The notes under the pieces were generated by a model. It made no database searches, was not told the DNA's origin, and was given only the letters and a program-made list of their open reading frames with translations. The translations under genes and the position numbers were made by a program. A stretch of 63,800 bases of DNA from Sminthopsis crassicaudata (Eukaryota), in contig NC_133617.1 in assembly GCF_048593235.1 (NCBI RefSeq), forward strand, positions 713,601,158 through 713,664,957. Reading direction: 5' to 3'. Below, piece after piece: positions 35,546 through 49,350 of the stretch. The stretch's first letter is position 1, and every line of letters begins with the position of its first letter.

Positions 35546-38500
35546 TCAGTTGCTACAGAAGAAAAGCAGGTATGGGAATGGCTCAGGGCTTTTTATCCCG
35601 CTTGTTCTGAGAAAAAAAGAGCATTTTGCATTCTCCTGGTTTTATGGAGCCAGCAGGGAAGGAGTCAAGCAAGTGGATATCTCAGAACAGAAACATGTTT
35701 CTGATGGGTGAATACATTAAACTGAGGATCTCGATCTATCTTGCTGACCTTATAGAATATATAACACAGAATGAAGAAAAAATAATAAATAATGCTTTGG
35801 AATAAAGACCAGCAATGATGTAATTAGAAAATCTCATAAGGCTCCAGGTCTCTGCTAGCTCCATGATGATGACTAGAAAGCAAATTTAAAAGGAACAAAA
35901 GTCTCTCCAGTCATTAAAAAATCATAGAATTTTCAGGCTTCCAGAGAGATGAAAGGCCATCTAGTCCAACTGTTGCCCTCTTCTGTCTCTTACTATAGAT
36001 TTCTCTAGTTGGAGCCCTTTTACAAACCAAATAGAAACATGGACCCACTTGTCTCATCAGTTTACTCTAAGTGTTTTTCCCCCTTTAGAAATGAAGATCA
36101 ACTTATAGTTGAATGGCTTATATGGGTTATCCAAGTGAATAACTGCAGGATCATTTAGGGAAATAGTGTCAGATATTATATAGTCAATGTTAAAGTTTGA
36201 AGGATCTCAGAATCATTAGTTCAACCCTTTTATTTTATAGATGAGGCAGCTGGGATCAAGAAAGATTAAATAATTTGCCCAAAGTCACAAAAGATAACAA
36301 ATATGACAATTTTTTTATTTTTCCCTAATTGATGATTTATTTCAGTCTTCACCAAAGTTATTACCAACCTTCTCTTCTCTCCTAAATAGCCCCCATCCCT
36401 TTTAACTCATCTAAGAACTTTGCTTCTTATTTTATCAAGATCTCTCTTCTTCCATTCTCTTTATTTTAACTCTCCTTAACATAAATCTCCCACTTTTCTT
36501 TCCCCCAATCTCTGACAAAGAGGTGGTTATCATGTACTCCACCTCTCTGTGCCCCATGATTCTATTCACTAATTAGTTGAAACTTCAGCTTTCAAGCAGA
36601 CCTTACTTCTCCTTACTGAATTGAGCCCCCTAAATTTCTGGTACTTTGCAGACATAAAACCATCAGCTTTTCCCCTCAATTCCCTGATATTGCACTTAAC
36701 TCTTTGATATCTAAAGACTATTTTACTAATAAACTCTAAGGTGGAATAGAAGTCACAGAAAAAAAAAAAAAAAAAAAAAAAAAAAACATTTAACAGTACC
36801 CAGTTTACAAAAGTCCTTATATTTTGAGCTCAGGTTCACACAAACAACAGAAGTTCTGATATTTTCCTAATCCTCAGGGATCAATCACTTTTCCATGTCA
36901 ATTACTGGCTCCAACTGCACCCCTCTCCTTAGGGATGGATTCTAGTATTGGTATGTTATAATAATCAGAGTATAAAAAAAGAAAAAGAATAAAATTATCA
37001 TGAATACATCCCTACCATCTCCACTCTATTACTAAAACTATCCTTACTTAAATAGCACAAAGAAGAATGTTTTAAATTAAAGAACTGGGCAAATGAAAAA
37101 AAAAAAAAAAAAAGATGTTCTGTGCAAATAGTAATATTTAAACAGACCAACCATTTGTAGGTCAATTGCAGATCAATAGATCAGATCATCAAGCAGTGCA
37201 CAGAATTTATTTCCATCATTATGAACAGAGCCACATTTACCCACAAATAGATAAGACAATTGTCTTTATTTATAAATTGATAGGCTTTGAAAAGCTTATC
37301 ACCCAACCAAAAAAAAAAAAAAAAGATAAGATCTGTAAAGTCCCTAAATCTACTAAAGTCAATATATTATAATGATCTCTCTGGGTTCAAGTCCAGCCTT
37401 TCACACATTCTGGCTGTGTGATCTCCAATTCACTAAATTCTCAGTGTTCCAAGTAATTCTTTAAGATTTAAAGGTACATGACTATGCTTTCCATGGTGAA
37501 CAAATTCATTGTTTCTAAAATCCTAAGTGTTCCAGTGCTAGACTAATATGGAGGAGGTGAATGTTGATTTAGACATAGAAGTCCTTCCAGATGTTGATAA
37601 AATGATAGGTCAGGTAAACAGCAACAACAATAACCCAAATTTCTGTTAACTCTCATCATTTTCCTGTATTCCTTTAGGGTCTCTCCCAACTCCATATCCT
37701 ATGTCCCTTCTTGCTCATTGCTTGGTTATTTCCATTATTCTATTTTAAAATATAAACAATCATCTAGTAGAAAGAGAGCATGGTTAACACAATGAGTTTT
37801 TAGTGTGAATTTATGAGATAATTTGGCAACTTCAGAAATACAACATCCATCAGGTACCTGGGACAGGAGATGGTAGGATCATAGATATAGAACTTCAAGG
37901 AAACTTAAAAGCTATTAAGTCCAAACCTTTCATTTCAGTTTAAGTCTAGTCTGGTTCGTGATGCCAAATAAATAAATAAATAAATAAGCATGAGTACTGA
38001 AAGGCAAATCTGGAGAACACAAAAAATCTTTGCCCATTTCATAAATATGACTTTGATTATGAGCTGGAAATCCACAACTGTCAGATTATCCCCATAGCTT
38101 GAGTGCTCTCTCTGGTAACTCATAAAATTCCTAACTTCCTTCAAAGCCCCTTCAGGTGCCACCTTATTCTACGGAAAGGAAACAATTTGGATCACAAAAA
38201 TGAGCACCAAGCATCTACAAAGCAAATGTAATTGGGGGCAGGAGCAGAACACTAAAACCCTTGGGACTGCCTCCCCACTTGCAAAAAAAAAATGGTTTAC
38301 ATTAAAGGCTCTCAACAAGACAAATTTATTGATTTTGCACCACTACGGATGTTGGAAATGACAGGTTTGACCAACACAGTAGACAGAAAACACAATGGAA
38401 TTGAAATCAGATGCTGTAGTTTCAAATCTCTGATCTGTGGTTTAGTCTAGTTAAACAATCACAAGACAATAGCTCAGACTTGAGCTCATATCTTAGAGCT

Positions 38501-39139
38501 GCTAATTACTAGCTATATGGTCATGTCAAGTTGATTAATCAATCTGACTATCAGTCTCTTCTTTCATAACATGAGGGGGTTCAACAAGGTGATTTCCAAA
38601 ATCGCTCTAATTCTAGATCTTTCATTCTGTGATCCTACCTGTGTGACCATTGGAAAATCACTTCAATTCTGTGGGACTCATCGCTTTCTTGTAGATTAGG
38701 CACTGAGGTCTCTCCCATCTCTAAATCTAATATCTTAAAATTCTAAATAGTTGTTTCCCATCAGTGGTAACCTGGAGCCTATGATAAAGATGTGAAGAGG
38801 GCTAAATTGTTCTAACAGGTTTATGAGAGATTAAGAAATAAAAAGAGCACAGAGTCTACATATGACTAATCAGCTCAATCAAGAGATTTGCAGAAATGAC
38901 TTAAACACATTTTTACCAATTTGTCAAGCTCAACAGATTCCTGTGGGGAATGACTGACACTGACCTTTAAATCATTTGCTTAATTTAATCTCAGCTATGT
39001 AACCTCACTAGTTTCCTCTATTTTTTAAAGTAGGGGCAGGGTAGTTTTTGTCACAGAATCATCTCACTTGACTGGACATTGAGTTATGGTTTGCACAGAA
39101 GAATACAGGAAAAACAATTCCCATTCTTTCTATTTCACC

Positions 39140-39545
39140 TAAATCCCAAACTGTCAAGTGCCTACTATGTGCCAAGAGCTGTATTCATTAATGAAGATAT
39201 AAAAAGTGAAAAATTGTACCTACATTCAAGAAATTCTAAATCTAGATGGAGGGCAAAACATATATGTATATTCTGTAGGGAGATGATTTTGTAGGGAGAG
39301 AACTAGCAGCTGGGGTCCTCAGAAAAGGCTTTTTGTAGAAGATGACACCTGAGCCAGCCCTTAGTCTTGAAGGAAATTAAGGATTCTGTGAGCTAGAGGT
39401 GAGAAAGGAGACGGAATGACTTGCAGAAGGAACAACAAAAAGACTAATTTGGCTGCATCACAATGTACATGGAAGGGAGAACTTTGTAATAAATCTGGAA
39501 AAGTAGGTTGGGGACAAGTTGTGAAGGACCTAGAATTTTTTATTG
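39140..39545 (-). mobile_element. L2 LINE fragment
   Basis: AAGTGCCTACTATGTGCCAAG...AAGGCTTTTTGTAGAAGATGACACCTGAGC...GGGACAAGTTGTGAAGGACCT. Confidence 0.82.
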
Positions 39546-41747
39546 ATATTTATGTAAGCTTCACTATATAGAATCTTCAGGAAAGTCTTTTAAAGCCAAG
39601 AGAATGAAAATTATTCCAAACAAATCTCCTCTCTTTGCCTAAATCAGAACTATAATTAACATGGGAGAAATGGAGCTTTGTCCCAGAGCTCTGATCTGTA
39701 GTTGGGGAAGGAGGAGGGCTGCTACATTTCACTCTAATAGCGATTACCATACCTAAGACTTTTGCCAATAATGCAACCACTGCCATTGCTCCTCCAGAGG
39801 CTCTCTGTCCATTTCAAATATGTACCTTTTCCCCACACTTTTGTTGGACTTGGAGAGATCACAATGTGCCATTGTATCAAATTGCTGTCCCATTTCCCAT
39901 TACAATTGCTTCTGAGATCAAACTGCCTCTGCACCTCTCCTGAGTTCCTTGTGTCTCTGTTTAGTGGTGATTTATTTTAGGGAAATCAAATTGCTATGAA
40001 GAATTCACAAACCTGCCACATATTAAATATTTTGGAAGGATGACCATCTTGGAAATCTCCTTTCCATCAGTGAAAAAGCACATCATTGCTCTGTTTTTCA
40101 ATGCACTCATATTTCTTGTGTTAGAAATTAAAGAGAATATTTGGATTTTTTAGAATCAGAAGAGACCTTAGAGATCATTTGGTCCCATTTCCTTTTTTAA
40201 TAGAAGAGGAAACTAAGGCACGGAGAGGATAGCATATAATATCACGCAGTAATTAGGAAAAGGAATTAGCTAGGAATTGGGAATGTATGACACATGACTG
40301 GAGAAGGAGTAGCAGAGGGAGAATAATAGGAGGGACCAGGAGATTCTGCAGTGTCAGAATGCTGGCCCATTTCCCAGAACAATTGCTCTAGTAATTGGAC
40401 TGTCCTTTGCACCAATTCCCTTTTCCTTTTGCTGTGATATAGTGATATAGTGACTTCTTAGAGGCTTTCTCATCATTGTGACTGGATTCACTAATCAATG
40501 CTACATTACTAGTTAGTAGAATTTCACTAAGAAATATCTTCAACTGAAAAAAAATGGATGAATAGTAGCAGTAGTAGGAAGTGGGAGGAATGGGACATTG
40601 AAGAGGTGTGACTTGATAAAAAGGAGAGTTCGGATTTTGAACCCAAGCTTGAGTCCAAATAACTGTTTGTTTTTTCTATCATAGCACCTTATTTTTACAG
40701 AAATGGAAAATGAGAATCAGAGAGGTTAAATAAATTGCTCAGTAGCACAGCAAGGGATTAACAGAGCCAGGATAATAGCAGCCTTTGAACCTTTAAAGGG
40801 CCTCCAACTATAAGGGGATACAACCTATTCTACTTGGCTCCAAAGGCAGAACTAGGAGCAATAGTTAAAAGGGACAAGGTAAGCCCGATGGAGCTGTCCT
40901 AAAGCACAATGGGCTTTAGTTGGTTTCTCATAAATCAAAGGCCACAGGTTCTCATGGAAAGAAAACACACTATGTGTGTTGTACCCTTAGCACCAATCTC
41001 TGGACACCATCAAATTGAAGCAAAACTCTATTAACTTCCTAGTATAAATAGCTCTGTTCCAAAGGAATATAATTTAACTAGGAATATAAACAAATTGATA
41101 GGGTACTGAGGTACTTTATAATGGGAACTTTGCTACATTTATAGGATTTAATTCAATAAGCATTGATTAAGCACCTACTACATGCAAGGTAATAGGCTAG
41201 GGTAAGTCAATCAACTAACAAGCATTTAATTTTTTTTTTATTTTCCTAAGAATATAGCTATAATCAATAAATGAATATTTCAATATATGGAAAACAAAAA
41301 AAGAGAATTGCATATGAATCTGAGAACTTTTGTTTTTCTATATATTAAAAAACTGTTTTTAATGTGTATTTTAATTTTAAAATGTTACTTTTAATTACCT
41401 GTGATCTTTCTGTTTTCTTCTGTGCATATTTTAAATGCATTATTGATGCTAACCAACAATGGTCTCAGATGACTAATAATTAGGCAAATCTCCTACAAGA
41501 AATGCAGAATAAGGCATACATTTTCAGGCACTATGTGATTTGTTTTGCCAAATGGTACTGATGTGTTACAAGGGTAGACTTAATATGGAGATCATGTGAA
41601 AAGTTATTGTGTAATGATAGAAAAAAGAAAAAACATGCATTTATTAAACACCTACTACTACATAGTAGATGTAATCACTGCTTTCCAGGAGAGGACATTG
41701 TTTTGAGGGAGACAATGCACACACACCTAAATATAAAGAAGTTTAAA

Positions 41748-41888
41748 NNNNNNNNNNNNNNNNNNNNNNNNNNNNNNNNNNNNNNNNNNNNNNNNNNNNN
41801 NNNNNNNNNNNNNNNNNNNNNNNNNNNNNNNNNNNNNNNNNNNNNNNNNNNNNNNNNNNNNNNNNNNNNNNNNNNNNNNNNNNNNNNN
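41748..41888. other. Assembly gap (141 N)
   Basis: Direct. Confidence 1.
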
Positions 41889-42469
41889 GAGGCAAATAAT
41901 ATTGATTTATCTTCCTTTTCTATCCAGTAGAAAAGCAATTACAAGTGCCTTCAGCTTTTTTTTAAAGAAGTCCTCTCAAATGAAAAAATTTTCAAACAAT
42001 CGGGAGAAACCATTTAATTTTCAGGTATTGCCAATGATTTCCCTAACCTAATCACTGTTTTGTCACTCAGGATGCTCTAATCTAGTGAGAAATGCAGAGC
42101 TCAGTGGTAGCAGTGGCTACAAAACCAATTTACTGTTTTCTTTTGGGGAAAAAAAAAACTCCCAGAAATATATCTTAGCACTGGTCTTGACATGAGGAAA
42201 ATAGTTCCTGAGAGAATGCCATCCATAATTATGTTAAATTTCCCTTATAATAATTATGTATGAAGAGAAGAAAATGTAGTTAACATTTCTGAATAGAGAA
42301 GATTTGGGGATATAGCATTTTCAAGATTAATATTTTTGGCCCAAGGAAACCATGCAGTTGGAATATAATCATAACAATAGCTTATAATTATATACTGTCA
42401 TCACCATTGTCATCATGAGAATGTGGTATAATGGATAGAAAATTGGCCTTAGAGACAGGAATCAATCAA

Positions 42470-43950
42470 TAAAGAAATATTTATTTAGTGATTATAATAT
42501 GCCATGAACAATATGAAGTTCCAAGAAGGTAATAAAATAAGCAAAAAAACCTATCCTTCAAGCAGTTTACATTCTTAATGAGAGATAAACTATAAAAATC
42601 AAACACATAAGATAAATGCAGAGTAGATAAAAAGTGACTCTACAGGAGATGGCATTAGAAGGTCCAGGGAGTAGGAACACTCTTTCTGAATTAAGTCTTA
42701 ACAAAAGGATGCTGGAAAGAAGATAATTCTTTGCTTGGAGAATAAATCAACAAGGATAAAGATAAGGAAGCCATTTGATTTGACCAGAAAAAAAAGTGCT
42801 AACTTAGGAAAGAGCAGTTTTAATTCAATGATGGAGTCATAATCCAAATGGCAATTTAGGAAAGAGTAATCAGAAAAGAGGGAATGGCTAGGTGGTGCTA
42901 TAGTGGACAGAGTTGGACTCGGAGTTAGGAAGATTCTTATTCCAGAGCTCAAATCATTTATTACATCATGTGACCCTGAGCACTTTTTGCCTCAGTTTTC
43001 TCATCTGTAAAATAAGCTGGAGAAGGAAACAATAAACCACTTCAGTTTAGTTGGCAAGAAAATGCCAATGGCATTGCAGAGAATTACATATAATTGAAAT
43101 AACTAAACAGCAACAAAGAGGAGGAGTTGAAGTTTCTATTGTAGACAGCTTTTTCACGGAGTTTAGCTGAAAATGGGAGTAGAATTATTGAAATAAGTTA
43201 TGATAGGTTGTGAGGAAGATAATACACAGTAAGCTATTGGTTGGTTGGTTTTTTTAAGGATATATATGTAGGGATAGTCTGAAAGCTAGAGGGAAGCACA
43301 TAAGTACTTTAAAATATTTTTGATGGATCAATCGATTGATTGATATAATGGTGGGGATAATCTACTGAAGAAAACAGAAAGAGATAGCTTTGAGAGCATA
43401 TGACTTTTAAAATTTCCCTTGGCAAGCAGAAGGAGCAGATCGTTAGGAAGAAAGAGAAATCAGTGGATGACTTCAAAGTAACACAAGATGAGGGAGAGAG
43501 GAGAAGACAGTGATCTTGACAAATAGTCTCAATTATTTCAACAAAATGTGATGCAAAGGTCTTCAGCAGAGAAAATGAGGGAGAGAGTACCATGGGAAGC
43601 TTGTAGAGGAAAAAAAAAATTGAAGCATCTGCTGTTGTGAGGAGACAGGGAATTAATTAGGGAGGAGGAGTAGGGTTGCCTTATTACCCAGTTGAGATCA
43701 GCTCATGTGAATTTTCAAGGAACCCAGTCAGCTTGGTTTAGGTATTTCTCCAAGTTCTATTTAACAGCACATGAATAATAGCAGAGGAAGATGATGAGCG
43801 TGAACTAGAATTAGCATTTGGTAAGAAGTGATCAGCACTGTGACAAGGAAATAAAAGAACAAGGGATTCAAGAGTGGAAGACAGTGCACAGGTGAGTGAT
43901 TCACCAAGGGATCAGGATTGGGAAGAGAGAAAAGTATAATCTGAAAAGGA
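42470..43950 (-). mobile_element. L2 LINE (fragmented) interrupted by MAR1 SINE at about 42885-43115
   Basis: Reverse L2 terminus ATCAATCAATAAAG...ATTTATT; CCATTTGATTTGACCAG...TTCAATGATGGAGTC before the SINE and GACAGCTTTTTCACGGAGTTTAGCTG after it. Confidence 0.8.
42885..43115 (+). mobile_element. MAR1-type SINE
   Basis: GCTAGGTGGTGCTATAGTGGACAGAG...GCCTCAGTTTTCTCATCTGTAAAATAAGCTGGAGAAGGAAA...TTGGCAAGAAAATGCCAA. Confidence 0.9.
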
Positions 43951-45289
43951 AGAGGAGGCTGGAGAAGAGAGACTTCTTCCTCTGACCCACACTGGCTGTG
44001 TGATTGTAGGAAAGTCATTCAATCTCTTTGATGCCTTGGACACCTGTCTAAGTCACAGAGTAGGTAACAACTTGCATTGGTGGAAAGAATGTTCTATATT
44101 AATGAAATGATGTCATCATATTCCATAATTAATATGAATGCTTGAGGAATTTGTCAGTATAAGGAATGCCTGTAAATCTCAGCTCTTTTAAGGCATGACT
44201 GGTAAACTTTAGGGAGTTGCTAGAATCACATTGTAAGAACTGATTCTATTTATTAAACACCTATTATGTGCTAGACATTTGTTTAAGAATACAAAGACAA
44301 AAAATGATATCCTCAAGGAGATTTATATTCTATCATAGAAGTAAAATAAAGATTTGTTCAGGGCCACACAATTAGTAAGAAGAGATAGAATTTTAACTCA
44401 AATTATCCTGACCATAGATCTAGCACTCTATCCATTTATTTACACAAGACCAATATTATTTTTTTATTTACATTGTGCCTTAAATTTTAGAAACCACTAT
44501 ACTCAGACCCCTGAGCTATGTAGTACAAATATTATCTCCATATTTAACCACAAGGGGCCTTAGAGGCCATTTACTCCAATTTCATTTTGCAGTTGAGGAA
44601 ACTGAGGTTCATGGGGGAAAGTGGCTTGCTCAATGTCACCTAGCTTCTGCCTCCAAATCTAGCCATCTTTCCATGGGAAGTGCATTGAGAAACCGGAGGC
44701 TCTAAGAGATGTCATCACTTGCCCAAGGTTACACAGATAGTGAGGAATATTCAATCTCACTTCTGATTCCAGATTCAATCTTTGGTTTCTGTTGTTGTTC
44801 CCCTCTGCACTCAGTGTAATCAATAGCTTTAACCTTAGCAACCCCATCCTGTGTCCTACAATCAATTAACCACAGTGCCTCAGGAGCAGTAAATCTATTG
44901 ATCCATTCCTTCCCAGAATCATAGAGTGACAGAAGTTGAGAGCTAGAAAGGACCACAAGAGCCATGTAGTGCAACCCATACTTATTAAAGAATCTTTCCC
45001 ACTGTATCATAGCCAACAAGTGGCCATCCAGACTTCGTAATTGAAGCAAAATCCACTATTTTCCAAGGCAGCCCATTCTATTTTGGGAGAGATCTAAAAA
45101 TTAGGAAGGTTTTGGTGCAGGGAGGCTAGCCCTCAAATAAAGCTTCCCTAAATGCAATTTGGGATGAAAGGACCTTAGAGGTTAACTAGTTCCTTCCTCC
45201 TATTTTATAGATAAAAAAATCAAAGTCAGAGAGGCTGTTTTATCTGTAACATCACATCCGTGCTAAGTGAAAGAGCCATGATTCCAATC

Positions 45290-46110
45290 ACTGTGTTTAC
45301 TTGTCTCATCTAGAAACAAAACTAAGCAAGTAATGTAATCCTTCTTCCACACATGAGTTCCTCACATCCTTCAAGGTCATTGTCATAAACTTCCCTGAGT
45401 CTTCTCTTTTACAAAATAACCAGCCCTAATTTCTTCCAAGTGCTGTTTAAATGGCATGGGCTAGAGACCTTGACCAACTTAATAGACTTCCTCTTGATGC
45501 TATTCATTTCATCAATGGCCTTAATGGACTGGGCTGGTCAGCATTGAACCTTGGATTCATTAGGGCAGAGTAGAGTGGAATATGTACCTTTTTCTCCTGG
45601 GAATATAATTATGTCTCTCCCTCAGCTCAGATTTGCAAGACTTTCTGTGCTATCTCACTATTATCTTGTATTGAGAATAGAATCATTATTAAGTCTTTTT
45701 TTTTTTAGAAACTAGTATCTAAGCATATCTATTTAATCTTATACTTAAGAAGCTTTGAAGTAAAGCATACTTTTATCTCTTTTAAATTTCATCTTTTCAG
45801 ATCCAGTCAAATATTCTGTCCTATCAAGGTCTTTTTGGACCCCAATTGTCAGTTATCCCTTCAACTTCATGCAAACTACAAATTTGATCAAATTGTGATC
45901 TCTCTCTTTATCCAGCAAATTGATAAATGTGTTCAAGTACCTAAGGCTGAGCAGGTAACCCTGGGAAATTCTGTAGGTGACCTTCTTCTGAGATGGCTTC
46001 AAATCAGGACAAATCTTTGAATATAGACATTTAACCAATTCTCAATCCATCTAATTGTATCTTTTAGACTACTGCTCTCCATCTTTTCCATAATAGTACC
46101 ATCAATTAAT
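45290..46110 (-). mobile_element. L3/CR1 LINE fragment (second copy at about 53755-54575)
   Basis: AATCCTTCTTCCACACATGAG...TGAGTCTTCTCTTT...ATGGCATGG...AGGGCAGAGTAGAGTGGA. Confidence 0.8.
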
Positions 46111-46269
46111 TAATTAAACATTTCTTATTGCTTTCTTGGAAGGCAATAGAACTATATAGTCACAGAATTATAGATTTAAAGCAAAAGAAATCATAGAGAC
46201 AACTGAGTTGAACATTCTTATTTTAAAGATGAGGGTACCTAGACCCAGAGAGATTGGATGACTAGTCCA

Positions 46270-47340
46270 GAAATATGATTCCTATCAAGAAGCTTACATT
46301 CTACCAAGAAGCTACATGCTCACACATTCAAAATTAAAAAAAAAAATAACCTGGAAAGCTATAAGGGAGCACAAAAAACTGAATCAGTAAAGAGTTTTTG
46401 AGGACGCTAATGCATGAGTTGAACTTTAAAGGAAGCCAGGAGTTTTAAGAGTTGGAAGTGAGGAAAGAGAGCCTCTGGCTCTAAAGAACAGTTTCCATAA
46501 AGGCACAAGAGGTGAGATGAAATATTGTATATGAGGAGCATCAAGTGACCAGTTTGGCTGAAGTGTCTAGTGTGTGAAGGAGAATGATATGCAATAGCCC
46601 AGAAATGGAGGTTGGAGGCAGAGTGCCAAGGACTTTAAGTGATAAAGAGGAAAATTTGTATTTATTCATCCCAGAGGCAATGGAGAATCAATGAAGCATT
46701 TCAACCAGAGAAGTGACTCTCTCAGACCTGCAGTTTTTGAATATCAATTTGACAAATGTGAGAAGGGTGAATTGGAGAAGGGAGAGATTAGACAAAGAGC
46801 ATAAAGAAGGTACTGCAATAGATTGGGGGAGAGATAATGAGTTACAGGATTGGAATGGTTGTGGTATAAGTGTAATGAATGGAACAGATACAAGAGTTAC
46901 TGAAGACTTGCATCAATAAAGCTTGATTAATGATTGAATCTTGGAGAGGGGATGAAAAAAGAAACAATCAAGAATAATTCCTGTTTTCAACCTGGGTAAC
47001 TGGGAAAAATGGTGGTGCCATTAAGAATAATGAACTTAAAAGGAGGGATGGATTTGGAGGAAAGGTAATGAGTTCTGTTTGGGGAATGTTAACCTTGAAT
47101 TGTTTGCTAGACATCCACATTTTTTAAATGTTTAGTAGAAATATCAACCAGGCATTTGGCGACCTGGATTTGTAGCTAAAAAGATGAGGGTAGAATATGT
47201 AGCTCTGACATCTTTTATACCATGAAGATAGTTAGATCCCTAAAAGAAGATCAAAATATTGGGAGATTGTAGAGAAAGGAGAGAACTGAGGCTGCAGCCT
47301 CGGGGACAGAGCCAAGTATAGGATATAAGTGAGGATCCTA
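46270..47340 (-). mobile_element. L2 LINE fragment ~1.1 kb (second copy at about 54735-55820)
   Basis: TCAAGAAGCTTACATTCTA...GAGTTGAACTTTAAAGGAAGCCAGG...AACCTGGGTAACTGGGAAAAATGGTGGTGCCATT. Confidence 0.85.
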
Positions 47341-47799
47341 CAAAGCAGACTAAGAAGGTAAAATCAAATAAAGAAGAGAAAAAGCAAATATTTTATCAAG
47401 TGATGTTCTAATATCTGTGTAAACAATCCAACTTCTTTGCCTGATCTACCAGATTTGTAATCATGTCAAAATAAAAATAAAAAAAGGAAATGAGGTTAAT
47501 GTGTTACTAACCATTCCTCTAATGATTCTACTTTTCCCTGTAATCAAAGTCAAGCTCACCAGCCCATGGATGAATGACTATTCTCTTCTCTTTTTGTGGC
47601 AAGGTGGATGGGAGAAATCAGGACTTTTGCCCTTTGCCAATCCTATGATACCCCTCTGATTTCCCATTATTTTTCTAAGATCACTTTGACTCACCAAAAT
47701 ATTGGGCACTCCTTTTAGTACTTCTGTAACTACTTTATGTGTTACAGGTTAAATAAATTCCTCAAGAGCATCTGGATTCTTTCATTATCTCATACTTAC

Positions 47800-47879
47800 C
47801 TTGCATATCAGCTCCCTGTTAGCCACTTGGATTCTGTCCTTTCTAGTGCAAGTGCTACTGGTAGAGGTGGGGTGGTATT
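47800..47879 (-). other. Candidate internal exon (80 nt), unassigned; identical copy at 56290-56369
   Basis: Minus strand: ccctcaatttctcccccctag|AATACC...ATGCAAG|gtaagtat; only one open frame (phase 1 to 0): (E)YHPTSTSSTCTRKDRIQVANRELICK; lies in a TE-free island. No homology recognised. Confidence 0.35.
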
Positions 47880-48939
47880 CTAGGGGGGAGAAATTGAGGG
47901 ACTCAGCCTTTTGTCTGTCATCAGTTATTTCTGAAATAAACAGTGGCCCAAGCTCTTGTTTGAACCTCCTTTATTTTACCTAATAAAGATTTTTTTAAAG
48001 CAGGTTTTCATTGTTTTTAACTTTCCTTATTGGACATAGATCATCTGAGCTCTTTTACTGATCCCATTATTCTTAGTCCATTGTTAAACATGTATTAAGT
48101 GCCTACTAGTTGCCAGGAAGTGTGATAAGCATTGGGAATGTAAAGAAAGTTAAAAGACTGTCCCTGTTCCCAAAGATCTCATAGTTTAATAGGGGAGACA
48201 ACATGAAAACTGTATACAAACAAGCTCTCTTGCCTGTTTTTGCATTTTCTATATATTTCTTAAACAATAACAACAAAAATCCTTAAAGGTTTTTAATAAG
48301 TCCCTTGTGTGATCTCATCTATCTTTTACTTCTCTTTGTTATTAGAGTTGGTTCTTTTTTTTTTTTTTTTTTTTTTTTTTGAGTTCAGAATTTAAATCCT
48401 GAAAGTTTCCATACCCTTCTTGGACAGTTTCTCTTTTAGAATGCTAAGATGGGCTCCTACCTCTCCTTTTTCTAAAGAACTCTTTGTAAAATGTTCTCTT
48501 AAAATCCAAAGGGCATGTCAGACTATTCTCAGCCTCCCTCTCCTTTGATATCACAAACTCCAGAAAGAACTCATGCTCGGTCCCAAGGTTCTCATCATTT
48601 CTACTCCAGCAATGTGTTCCTTCTTCTTGGTAAGAATCACAACTGAAATAAAATTGACCTATTGTGGTTTCCTCTGTCTTTATTGAAGGATGAAATTATG
48701 CTTGGAGACAATCAAGAAGCAACTTTGGATTTTGGCAGAAAGCACCCATTATTTCTAGATGAAAGAAATCCTTATTCCTATTATATCTTTGCCTCTATTC
48801 AAACACATAATCTAATTCCCCAAAGTCTTCATCAACTTTCTCCTTCTGTTCAGGGTGCATACCCCCTGGCAAAATTACTTCTATATTTTATTCTGTTGGT
48901 TTTTACCCTAATATCCTTAATCATGAGATCTCTGTCAGG

Positions 48940-49350
48940 TCCTTGACTTCTTCATGTGGGTAAAATTCAAAATACATATTTTTCACCTTTATGTCCTCTC
49001 TTTTTTTTTGAATCAGTATACCTATCCAGAGCTACCAAATATCAGTGATACCTATCTTTGCCTACAAAGCTCCTCCACTAACCCCATCCTTATTTCTACC
49101 TTATGGATTCTTTGGCTTTTTTCAAGACTCAATTCAATTCCTAAGACCTTCAAAAAGCCTTTCCTCTAATTTTTTAGGAAACTTTTCAGTTTCCCCCCCC
49201 TGCTAATATCTTCTGATTTCAAATGGCATTTTCTACTCTACATATATGTTATACTTCTCATTATTTACATGTTCTCCCTCCCTATTAAAATGTATAATCC
49301 CTAAAGAAGGACTATTTTTTTTTGTCCCCATATCTTAGCACAGTGTCTGG
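48940..49350 (+). mobile_element. L2 3' end (second copy at about 57425-57840)
   Basis: TTCAAGACTCAATTCAATTCC...CCCTCCCTATTAAAATGTATAATCCCTAAAG...CTTAGCACAGTGTCTGGCACAT. Confidence 0.8.
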
